Virus record (IMG/VR): IMGVR_UViG_3300048576_000617 | Coordinates: 1-32,850 of that record | From: a virus | Lineage: Duplodnaviria > Caudoviricetes | Length of the DNA: 32,850 bases | Strand: one strand, 5' to 3' | Shown here: one piece after another, positions 16,351 through 23,065 of the stretch | Layout: every line of letters starts with the position of its first letter | Position numbering within the stretch: position 1 is the first letter of the stretch | The notes under the pieces: model-generated | What the model was told of the DNA's origin: nothing | The model's database searches: none | What the model saw: only the letters and a program-made list of their open reading frames with translations | Program-made: the position numbers and the translations under genes

Positions 16351-17505
16351 ATGAGCACTCCACATCCGAAACCTCTGCACATATTCAAGGCCGGTCGACG
16401 CACCGCGATGAGCGGGGCAACGCTGGACTTCTCCGAGGCGGATCTCGCCGCCACGGCCGCCGCCTATGACCCGGCCAAGCACGAAGCGCCGATTGTCGTC
16501 GGGCACCCCAAGCTCAATGGCCCGGCCTTCGGCTGGATCAGCTCGGTGAGTGCAGCGGGCGGCGATCTCGAAGCGAAGGCCCGCGCAGTCGATCCCGAAT
16601 TCGCCGAGCTTGTGCGCGCCGAGCGCTACAAGAAGATCAGCGCTTCTTTCTTCGCTCCCGACTCGCCGAGCAACCCGGTGCCGGGCGTCTATTACCTGCG
16701 CCACGTCGGCTTTCTCGGTGCCACGGCGCCGGCAGTGAAAGGGCTGCGTGCCGTCGAGTTCAGCGACTCCGATGAAGGCGTTATCGAGTTCGCCGACTGG
16801 GGCGATCTGCAGAACGCGTCGATGTGGCGCCGCATGCGCGACTTTCTGATTGCCCAGTTCGGCCTCGATAAAGCCGACCAGGTCATCCCCGACTACGCCA
16901 TCGGCACGCTCGAAGACGCGGCCCGCGCCGAGGACGAAAACAGCAGCGATTCCGCATGCGGCTCCGCCGCATCCTTTTCCGATCCCAATCACCCGGAGAT
17001 TCTCGTGACCCCCGAACAGAAGGCCGCCGCGCTGGAGGCCGAAAACGCCCAGCTCAAGCAACAGATTGCCGCAGCAAGCGCCGCAGCCGCGGCTGCGGCA
17101 GCCGACAAACGCCACACCGATCACCTGGCCTACGCCGAGCAGCTGATTACTGACGGCCTCTTGGCCCCCAAAAACCGTGACCTGGTCGTTGCGATGCTCG
17201 ACTTCGCCGACGGCGACGAGCCGCTCGAATTCGGCGAAGGCGATGCCAAGCAGCCTCTGGCCGACGCGGTCAAGGCCTTCCTGGGCGAGCAGCCCAAGGT
17301 CGTGGAGTTCGGCGAATTGGCCACCAAGGACCGGGCGGTATCCGCAGCCGATGCTGCCGGTGCGACGGGCAGCGACGTGGTTGAGTTCGCCGCGCCCAGC
17401 GGATTCGGTGTCGATCCCGAGCAGCTCGCACGGCACCAGCGCGTGGCCGCCTACGCCAAGCAGCACAACCTGAGCTACGAGCAAGCGCTCGCGGCCGTCC
17501 AGTAA
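16351..17505 (+). CDS. prohead protease/scaffold (Mu gpI-like)
   Basis: APIVVGHP, AFGWI, YKKISASF, YLRHVGFLGA..PAVKGL; acidic Ala-rich C-terminal half. Confidence 0.9.
   Translation: MSTPHPKPLHIFKAGRRTAMSGATLDFSEADLAATAAAYDPAKHEAPIVVGHPKLNGPAFGWISSVSAAGGDLEAKARAVDPEFAELVRAERYKKISASFFAPDSPSNPVPGVYYLRHVGFLGATAPAVKGLRAVEFSDSDEGVIEFADWGDLQNASMWRRMRDFLIAQFGLDKADQVIPDYAIGTLEDAARAEDENSSDSACGSAASFSDPNHPEILVTPEQKAAALEAENAQLKQQIAAASAAAAAAAADKRHTDHLAYAEQLITDGLLAPKNRDLVVAMLDFADGDEPLEFGEGDAKQPLADAVKAFLGEQPKVVEFGELATKDRAVSAADAAGATGSDVVEFAAPSGFGVDPEQLARHQRVAAYAKQHNLSYEQALAAVQ
17005..17505 (+). CDS. probable nested in-frame scaffold protein (Mu gpZ-like internal start)
   Basis: GGAG 16995-16998 before in-frame GTG 17005, followed by coiled-coil sequence; Mu I/Z nesting is established. 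Confidence 0.55.
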   Translation: MTPEQKAAALEAENAQLKQQIAAASAAAAAAAADKRHTDHLAYAEQLITDGLLAPKNRDLVVAMLDFADGDEPLEFGEGDAKQPLADAVKAFLGEQPKVVEFGELATKDRAVSAADAAGATGSDVVEFAAPSGFGVDPEQLARHQRVAAYAKQHNLSYEQALAAVQ

Positions 17506-17517
17506 CGGAGGTCTGCC

Positions 17518-17859
17518 TTGCAGAACAACATCTCGCTTCTTTCCCTGCCCATCGTTGCGACCGGCGCCATTGCGGCTTGCCGCTTCGTGGGGCCGGCTCT
17601 GGCGCTCGCCGCTGCAGCTGGCAACGCCCTGGGTGTGTCCCGATCCGATGCCGCGATTGGCGAGCGCACCACGATCGACGTGCTCGGCACAGCGGTGGTC
17701 GAGGCCGGCGCCGCGATCGCCGCAGGGGCGCTCGTCGAGGCCGATGCCTCTGGGCGTGCGGTCACCAAGGCCTCGGGCGTGCCCCTCGCGCGGCTCGCGC
17801 CGGGCGAAGTGGCGTCGGCTGCTGGCCAGTTCGTTGAAGTCATCCTGCTGCCGAACTGA
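17518..17859 (+). CDS. capsid cement/decoration protein (DUF2190-like)
   Basis: GGAGG SD before TTG; Gly/Ala-rich beta protein between scaffold and capsid. Confidence 0.8.
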   Translation: MQNNISLLSLPIVATGAIAACRFVGPALALAAAAGNALGVSRSDAAIGERTTIDVLGTAVVEAGAAIAAGALVEADASGRAVTKASGVPLARLAPGEVASAAGQFVEVILLPN

Positions 17860-17885
17860 TCAGCAGCCACAAGAAGGAGTAATTC

Positions 17886-18830
17886 ATGCGTCAAATGTCC
17901 CTCGGCGGCGCACGCGTCGTCGATCCGATCCTCACCAGTATCGCCCTGGGCTATCGCAACGCGGAGATGGTCGCGAATGTGCTGTTCCCGGTCGTTCCTG
18001 TTGATCAGCGTGGCGGCAAGATCATCCAGTTCAATCGGGAAGACTTCCGCATTTACGCCACCGGCCGTGCCCCGGGCACGAACACCAAGCGGGTTCAGTA
18101 CGGGTACATGGGCAACCCCTACGCGTTGGAGCAGCACTCGCTCGAAGGCCTAGTGCCATTTGAGATCATGCAAGATGCCAACGCCGTCCCCAACATCGAC
18201 CTGGCTCGCGTCGCGGTCATGAAGACCCAGAACATCATCCAGCTGCGCAACGAGAAGGCGGCGGCCGACATCGCCACCAACTCGGCCAACTACGGCGCGA
18301 GCAACAAGGTGACGCTGTCCGGCGCCTCGCAGTGGTCCGATTACTCCGGCACCTCGGATCCCACGAAAGACATCGAGGCGGCCAAGGAGGCTGTGCGCAA
18401 ACAGGTCGGCAAGCGGGCCAACACGGTGCTGCTCTCGCCGGCTGCGTTTGCAGCAGCTAAGGTGCATCCGAAGATCCTGGAACGAATCAAGTACACCAGC
18501 CGCGACTCGGCCACTCCCGAGCTGCTCGCCAGTCTGTGGGACGTCAAGCGCGTGGTGGTGGGCGATGCGATCTACGAGGACGCGGCGAGCGGCAACCTCA
18601 CTGACGTGTGGGGCAAGCACGTGGTCGTGGCCTACACCGAGCTGGGCACGCTTGCCGACGGTGGCCTGCCGTCCTACGGCTACACCTACCGCCTGCGCGG
18701 CTTCCCGGCTGTCGAGACGGCCTACCAGGACCGCAATGCCAAGAGCTGGATCTACCCGGTCACCGACGAACTCTCGCCGGTGCTCTCGGGCGCTCTCGCG
18801 GGCTTCCTGATCCAGAACGCCGCGGCTTAA
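17886..18830 (+). CDS. major capsid protein
   Basis: AAGGAG SD; strong codon bias; VDPILTSIALGY, SYGYTY; position in the head module. Confidence 0.88.
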   Translation: MRQMSLGGARVVDPILTSIALGYRNAEMVANVLFPVVPVDQRGGKIIQFNREDFRIYATGRAPGTNTKRVQYGYMGNPYALEQHSLEGLVPFEIMQDANAVPNIDLARVAVMKTQNIIQLRNEKAAADIATNSANYGASNKVTLSGASQWSDYSGTSDPTKDIEAAKEAVRKQVGKRANTVLLSPAAFAAAKVHPKILERIKYTSRDSATPELLASLWDVKRVVVGDAIYEDAASGNLTDVWGKHVVVAYTELGTLADGGLPSYGYTYRLRGFPAVETAYQDRNAKSWIYPVTDELSPVLSGALAGFLIQNAAA

Positions 18831-18842
18831 CCCAATTGATGG

Positions 18843-18862
18843 AGGCCGCCTTGGCGGCCTTT
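18843..18862 (+). terminator. weak terminator/stabilising hairpin after capsid gene
   Basis: AGGCCGC-cttg-GCGGCCT followed by a short T run. Confidence 0.4.
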
Positions 18863-18874
18863 ATGGAGACCCAC

Positions 18875-19156
18875 ATGAAATGCAAAGTTTTGACGCCGAT
18901 CCGTCACGACGGCAATGACTACGCCGAGGGCGACGAGATCGAGCTCGCGAAGAAATCGGCCGAGGCGCTGCTTGCTGTGAGCGCGGTCCAGGTTATCGCT
19001 GAGGCTGCAGAAGAGTTGCGTGACCCCACCAAGCCCGGAGCTGACGCGCCCACCGAGCCCGGAGCCGACGCGCCCGCCGAGCCCGGAGCCGACGCGCCCG
19101 CCGAGCACGCCGAGATCGAAGCCGAAGTCCCCACGAAGACCACCAAGGGCAAGTAA
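18875..19156 (+). CDS. small virion-associated hypothetical protein with repeat tail
   Basis: GGAG SD; IRHDGNDYAEGDEIEL motif; usual position after capsid. Confidence 0.75.
   Translation: MKCKVLTPIRHDGNDYAEGDEIELAKKSAEALLAVSAVQVIAEAAEELRDPTKPGADAPTEPGADAPAEPGADAPAEHAEIEAEVPTKTTKGK
19025..19106 (+). repeat. 24-bp tandem repeat, about 3.4 copies (P[T/A][K/E]PGADA)
   Basis: cccaccaagcccggagctgacgcg / cccaccgagcccggagccgacgcg / cccgccgagcccggagccgacgcg / cccgccgagc. Confidence 0.95.
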
Positions 19157-19159
19157 GCG

Positions 19160-19615
19160 ATGCGCTACTGCACGCTCGCCGATCTTCAGCTCGCGATCCC
19201 TGCGCGCACCCTGATCGACCTTTCCAACGATGCTGCCAGCTCAGGCTTCAGCCAGGCTGTGCCTGCGGACATCAACCAAGCGGTGGTCGAAGAGTCTGTG
19301 CGCCAGGCTGAGGAACTCGTCGATGCACACCTGCGCGGGCGCTACGTGCTGCCGCTTGATCCAGTGCCGTCCGTCATCAAGGACATGGCCGTGAACCTCG
19401 CGCGCCACTGGCTCTACGCCAGGCGTCCCGAAGGAGCGGAGCTGCCCGACGCAGTGACGCGGACCTACAAGGGGGCGCTGGATCTGCTCGCGTCGATCCG
19501 TGACGGCAAGCTCACGATCGGCACGCCTACCGGCGAAGTGCAGCCCGAGCCCGGCGAGATGAAGGTGATCTCCCGTCGCCGCTCCTTTGGTGCGGTTCTG
19601 CTGGATCGCTACTGA
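19160..19615 (+). CDS. head-tail connector (Mu gp36/DUF1320-like)
   Basis: MRYCTLADL, VDAHLRGRYVLPL, LARHWLY, IRDGKLTIG. Confidence 0.88.
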   Translation: MRYCTLADLQLAIPARTLIDLSNDAASSGFSQAVPADINQAVVEESVRQAEELVDAHLRGRYVLPLDPVPSVIKDMAVNLARHWLYARRPEGAELPDAVTRTYKGALDLLASIRDGKLTIGTPTGEVQPEPGEMKVISRRRSFGAVLLDRY

Positions 19616-19616
19616 G

Positions 19617-20084
19617 ATGGGGATCACACGCGAGATCGTCGAGGCGGTGCAGGAGCGACTGGCCCTGTTGTTTCCGGGGCTGGCCGTCGAGTTCTTCCCT
19701 GAGCGGCCCGCCGAGTATCGCCTGAATCATCCGGTCGGCGCGCTGCTTGTGAGCTACCTGGGCGGCAAGTTTGGCACGCCGGATGACGCCGGGTTCGTAA
19801 TTCAGGGTCGGGGCGTAAAGCTGTCCGTCACCGTAGTGATGCGGCAACTCAACGGCCGCGACGGCGCGATCGATGCGTGCGATGCGGTTCGCGTTGCCCT
19901 GGTCGGTTTCAAGCCGCCCAACTGTCAACGAAAGCTCTACGTGCTCGACGAGAAGTATCTGGGCGAGACCGCGGGGCTCTGGCAGTACGCGATCGACTTC
20001 GCTACCGAGGCGGTCCAGGTCGAGGACGCCGACGTCGGCACCGAGCCGCTCATGACCCAAGTTTCCTATGAGGAGGTTGCATGA
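19617..20084 (+). CDS. gp37-like tail terminator/completion protein
   Basis: YRLNHPVGALLVSY, GLWQYAIDF; position before the sheath. Confidence 0.8.
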   Translation: MGITREIVEAVQERLALLFPGLAVEFFPERPAEYRLNHPVGALLVSYLGGKFGTPDDAGFVIQGRGVKLSVTVVMRQLNGRDGAIDACDAVRVALVGFKPPNCQRKLYVLDEKYLGETAGLWQYAIDFATEAVQVEDADVGTEPLMTQVSYEEVA

Positions 20085-20284
20085 AATTCCGCTACAGCGG
20101 CCCCACGAGCGGCGTGACGCTGCGCGTGGGCGAGTCGCAGACCGAAGTGATGCTGTTTGACGGATCCGAGGTCGAGCTGCCCGAGGCGCACGACTACACA
20201 AAGACGCTCGTCGCGCTGGGTCACCTCACGCCGGTCGCGGACGAGACGCCGGTCAAGACGGCGAAGAGCAAGGGGGAGCAATAA
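20081..20284 (+). CDS. small tail-associated hypothetical protein
   Basis: GAGGAGG SD and ATGA overlap; YSGPTSGVTL. Confidence 0.75.
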   Translation: MKFRYSGPTSGVTLRVGESQTEVMLFDGSEVELPEAHDYTKTLVALGHLTPVADETPVKTAKSKGEQ

Positions 20285-21715
20285 ATGCCTGCGAATTTTC
20301 TGCACGGTGTTGAAACGGTCGAGATGGAGCGCGGCCCGCGCCCGGTCACGACCGTCAAATCCGCTGTGATCGGCCTGATCGGCACGGCGCCGATGGGGGA
20401 TGTGAATACCCCGACCCTGGTGGTTTCGGATCTGACGGCTGCGGCGTTCGGTGATGCCTCGCTCGCCGGCTTTACCATTCCTCAGGCGTTGGACGCGATC
20501 TACGACCAGGGTGCTGGCACGGTGATCGTGATCAACGTGCTCGACCCGGCCATCCATGTGACGGCGGTACCCAACGAAGCAGTCGTGCTCGATGGTGACA
20601 GCGTCAAGGCCGCTCACCCGGCGATCAAGCCGGGCACACTGATCGTGAAGAACGCGAGCGCGACGGTACCCTATGCCGAGGGTACCGACTACACCGTGGA
20701 TTGGCAGACCGCAAAGATCACCCGCAAGGCTGGCGGCGCGATGACCGCCAACCAGGGGTTGACGCTCGCTTACAGCTACCTGGATCCGACCAAAGTCACG
20801 CCGGCCGACATCATCGGCTCCGTCAATGCGGCTGGCCAGCGCACGGGTATGAAGGCGCTGCGCGATACCTACAACAAGATGGGGTTCTTCGCGAAGCTGT
20901 TGATCGCCCCTGCGTTCTGCACACAAACCTCGGTGTCCTCGGAGCTGATCGCGATGGCTGATGCGTTGGACGCGATCGCGTTGATCGACGCGCCGATTGG
21001 CACGACCTTCGCCCAGGCGCTCGCCGGACGCGGTCCGTCGGGCACGATCAACTTCAACACCGGCTCGGATCGCGCGTTGCTCTGCTACCCGTATCTGAAA
21101 GCCTACGACACGGGCCTGAACGCGGATCGCCTTGAGCCGTACTCGCAGCGCCTGGCCGGAGCGATCGCTGCGCGTGACATCGAAAAGGGGTTCTGGTGGT
21201 CGCCGTCCAACTCCGAGATCAAGGGCATCACCGGTGTCGAACGTGCGCTCTCGGCGATGATCGACGATCCGAACAGCGAAGTGAATCTGCTCAACGAAGC
21301 GGGCATCACCACGGTGTTCAACAGCTTCGGCACCGGACTGAGGATCTGGGGTAACCGCACCGCGGCCTTCCCGACCGTGACTGCCTTGCGCAACTTCGTG
21401 AACGTGCGCCGCACCGGCGACATCATCAACGAGGGCCTGCGCTACTTCTCGCTGCAGTTCATCGACCAGCCGCTGACCCAGGCTGTGATCGACTCCCTGA
21501 CTGAATCGGTCAATGGCTACGGCCGCAAGCTGATCGGTGACGGTGCGCTGCTGGGCTTCAAGTGCTGGTTTGACGCGTCACGCAATTCGCAGACCGAACT
21601 GTCTGCGGGCCACCTGCTGCTCAACTACAAGTACACGCCGCCTCCGCCCTTGGAGCGGCTGACTTTCGAGACTGAAATCACCTCGGAATACCTGCTCACG
21701 CTGAAGGGAGCGTAA
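20285..21715 (+). CDS. contractile tail sheath protein (P2 FI-like)
   Basis: FLHGVETVE, AVIGLIGTAP, GFWWSPSN, GLRIWGNRT, NFVNVRRT. Confidence 0.95.
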   Translation: MPANFLHGVETVEMERGPRPVTTVKSAVIGLIGTAPMGDVNTPTLVVSDLTAAAFGDASLAGFTIPQALDAIYDQGAGTVIVINVLDPAIHVTAVPNEAVVLDGDSVKAAHPAIKPGTLIVKNASATVPYAEGTDYTVDWQTAKITRKAGGAMTANQGLTLAYSYLDPTKVTPADIIGSVNAAGQRTGMKALRDTYNKMGFFAKLLIAPAFCTQTSVSSELIAMADALDAIALIDAPIGTTFAQALAGRGPSGTINFNTGSDRALLCYPYLKAYDTGLNADRLEPYSQRLAGAIAARDIEKGFWWSPSNSEIKGITGVERALSAMIDDPNSEVNLLNEAGITTVFNSFGTGLRIWGNRTAAFPTVTALRNFVNVRRTGDIINEGLRYFSLQFIDQPLTQAVIDSLTESVNGYGRKLIGDGALLGFKCWFDASRNSQTELSAGHLLLNYKYTPPPPLERLTFETEITSEYLLTLKGA

Positions 21716-21717
21716 TC

Positions 21718-22239
21718 ATGGCGAAAATCCAGGTCAATCGCATCACCAACGCTAACGTTTACGTCAACGGAGCCAGCCAACTCGGCAAAGCAGAAGAAAT
21801 CAAGCTGCCCGATATCACGGCGATCATGACCGAGCACAAGGCGCTGGGCATGGTTGGCAAGATGGAACTGCCGGGAGGCTTCGACAAGATGGAGGGCGAG
21901 ATCAAGTGGAACTCGCTCTACCAGGACGTCGCAAAGGTCATGGCCAATCCGTTCAAGGCGGTGCAGCTGCAGTGCCGTTCAAGCATTGAGGTCTATGGTG
22001 CCCAGGGGCGTACTCAGGAAGTGCCGTTGGTGACCTACCTCACCGTCCAGTTCAAAAAAAATCCGGCTGGTACCTTCAAGCAGCACGATAACGCCGAGTT
22101 TGGCAGCTCCTTCTCCTGCTCCTACATCAAGCAGGTGATTGACGGCAAGGATGTCTTGGAACTCGACTACCTGGCAAACATTTACATCGTGGATGGTGTC
22201 GATCAGCTTGCGGACTATCGCGCGAACATCGGCGGCTAA
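21718..22239 (+). CDS. tail tube protein (P2 FII-like)
   Basis: NANVYVNG..LGKAEEIKLP, VDGVDQLADYRANIG; follows the sheath. Confidence 0.92.
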   Translation: MAKIQVNRITNANVYVNGASQLGKAEEIKLPDITAIMTEHKALGMVGKMELPGGFDKMEGEIKWNSLYQDVAKVMANPFKAVQLQCRSSIEVYGAQGRTQEVPLVTYLTVQFKKNPAGTFKQHDNAEFGSSFSCSYIKQVIDGKDVLELDYLANIYIVDGVDQLADYRANIGG

Positions 22240-22274
22240 CCAACTGCCTCCATCGGAGAGTTTCATTCCAGTTG

Positions 22275-22298
22275 CCCGGCCTTGTGCCGGGTTTTTTT
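22275..22298 (+). terminator. rho-independent terminator
   Basis: CCCGGC-cttgt-GCCGGG followed by T7. Confidence 0.85.
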
Positions 22299-22299
22299 C

Positions 22300-22341
22300 T
22301 AAATCGGTTTAGCGGACGCGCGGCGGGCTGCACACGAGACT
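22300..22341 (+). promoter_or_regulatory. candidate late promoter 3 (tail chaperone/tape measure operon)
   Basis: TAAATCGGTTTAG 22300-22312 and GAGACT 22336-22341, immediately after a terminator. Confidence 0.65.
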
Positions 22342-22376
22342 GAGGGCTCTCGTCATATCAACGAAAGAGCACCGAA

Positions 22377-22682
22377 ATGGATCAGAGCACCGCCCAAGCG
22401 CAGGCCGGCACCACCACCACCGAAGACGTCAACCTGGTTCCCCTCAAGCGTCCCTACACCACGCCCGCCGGCCAGCGAATCGAATCACTGACGGTTCGTG
22501 AGCTGACGGTCAAGGATCTGCGCGAATGCTCCAGCGCCGCGGGCAACGACCAAGTCGCGTTTGAAATCAGTTGCATCGGTCGCATGGTCGGGCTGTTGCC
22601 CGAAGATCTGGATGGTATGAAGGCGCGCGACTACGCGACCTTCAAGACGCGATTTCTCGACGAGGTCAGTGGCGCCAGCTGA
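22377..22682 (+). CDS. tail assembly chaperone (P2 E / Mu gp41-like)
   Basis: LTVRELTVKDL, GLLPEDLDGMKARDY; between tube and tape measure. Confidence 0.87.
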   Translation: MDQSTAQAQAGTTTTEDVNLVPLKRPYTTPAGQRIESLTVRELTVKDLRECSSAAGNDQVAFEISCIGRMVGLLPEDLDGMKARDYATFKTRFLDEVSGAS

Positions 22683-22821
22683 TCTGTGGCCGGGCATGGT
22701 GCTGTTGGCGCGTGTGTGGCGCTTCCAGCCCTCAGAGATCGAGGCGTTGACACTGCCGGACTTCGAGGCGTGGATTAAACAGGCGATCGAGGATGCCAGG
22801 CGCGCGCAAGAAATCGAATGA
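22654..22821 (+). CDS. GpE'-like chaperone extension, probably made by frameshift (absent from the ORF track)
   Basis: +1 frame reads FSTRSVAPADLWPGMVLLARVWRFQPSEIEALTLPDFEAWIKQA...; the PSEI..L.....W...A pattern resembles P2 E'. Confidence 0.75.
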   Translation, partial: FSTRSVAPADLWPGMVLLARVWRFQPSEIEALTLPDFEAWIKQAIEDARRAQEIE

Positions 22822-23029
22822 CTATCGCGGCGCCCTTGATAAGCGCCGCGACAATCGCCACGACCGGCGTGACGAATATAGATGCGAACACGATTACCGG
22901 GCTGAAAAGCACCAGTGCGACGGCTCGAGTTACCCAGTCGCCCTCCATCGTCGTCCAGCACCACACAGCCAGCCCGGCAACGAGCGAGAAGTAAAGCACC
23001 TTGGCGATCGCTTCAACCTGCATTTTCAT
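22775..23029 (-). CDS. antisense small membrane protein (84 aa, 2-3 hydrophobic segments)
   Basis: strongly hydrophobic product fills the gap before the tape measure; sigma70-like promoter directly upstream. Confidence 0.72.
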   Translation of the reverse strand: MKMQVEAIAKVLYFSLVAGLAVWCWTTMEGDWVTRAVALVLFSPVIVFASIFVTPVVAIVAALIKGAAIVIRFLARAWHPRSPV

Positions 23030-23035
23030 GCGCGC

Positions 23036-23065
23036 ACTGTAGCAAGGAGAGCCCCGCGTGGCCAA
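23036..23065 (-). promoter_or_regulatory. sigma70-like promoter for the antisense membrane gene (leaderless)
   Basis: minus strand TTGGCC-N18-TACAGT with extended -10 TG; ATG 6 nt downstream. Confidence 0.5.

Noticed and set aside
19025-19106. Possible CRISPR array
   Set aside because: Repeats are contiguous with no spacers and are in-frame coding
22054-22061. A8 homopolymer in the tail tube gene
   Set aside because: Encodes ordinary K-K-N in an intact essential gene; no evidence of phase variation
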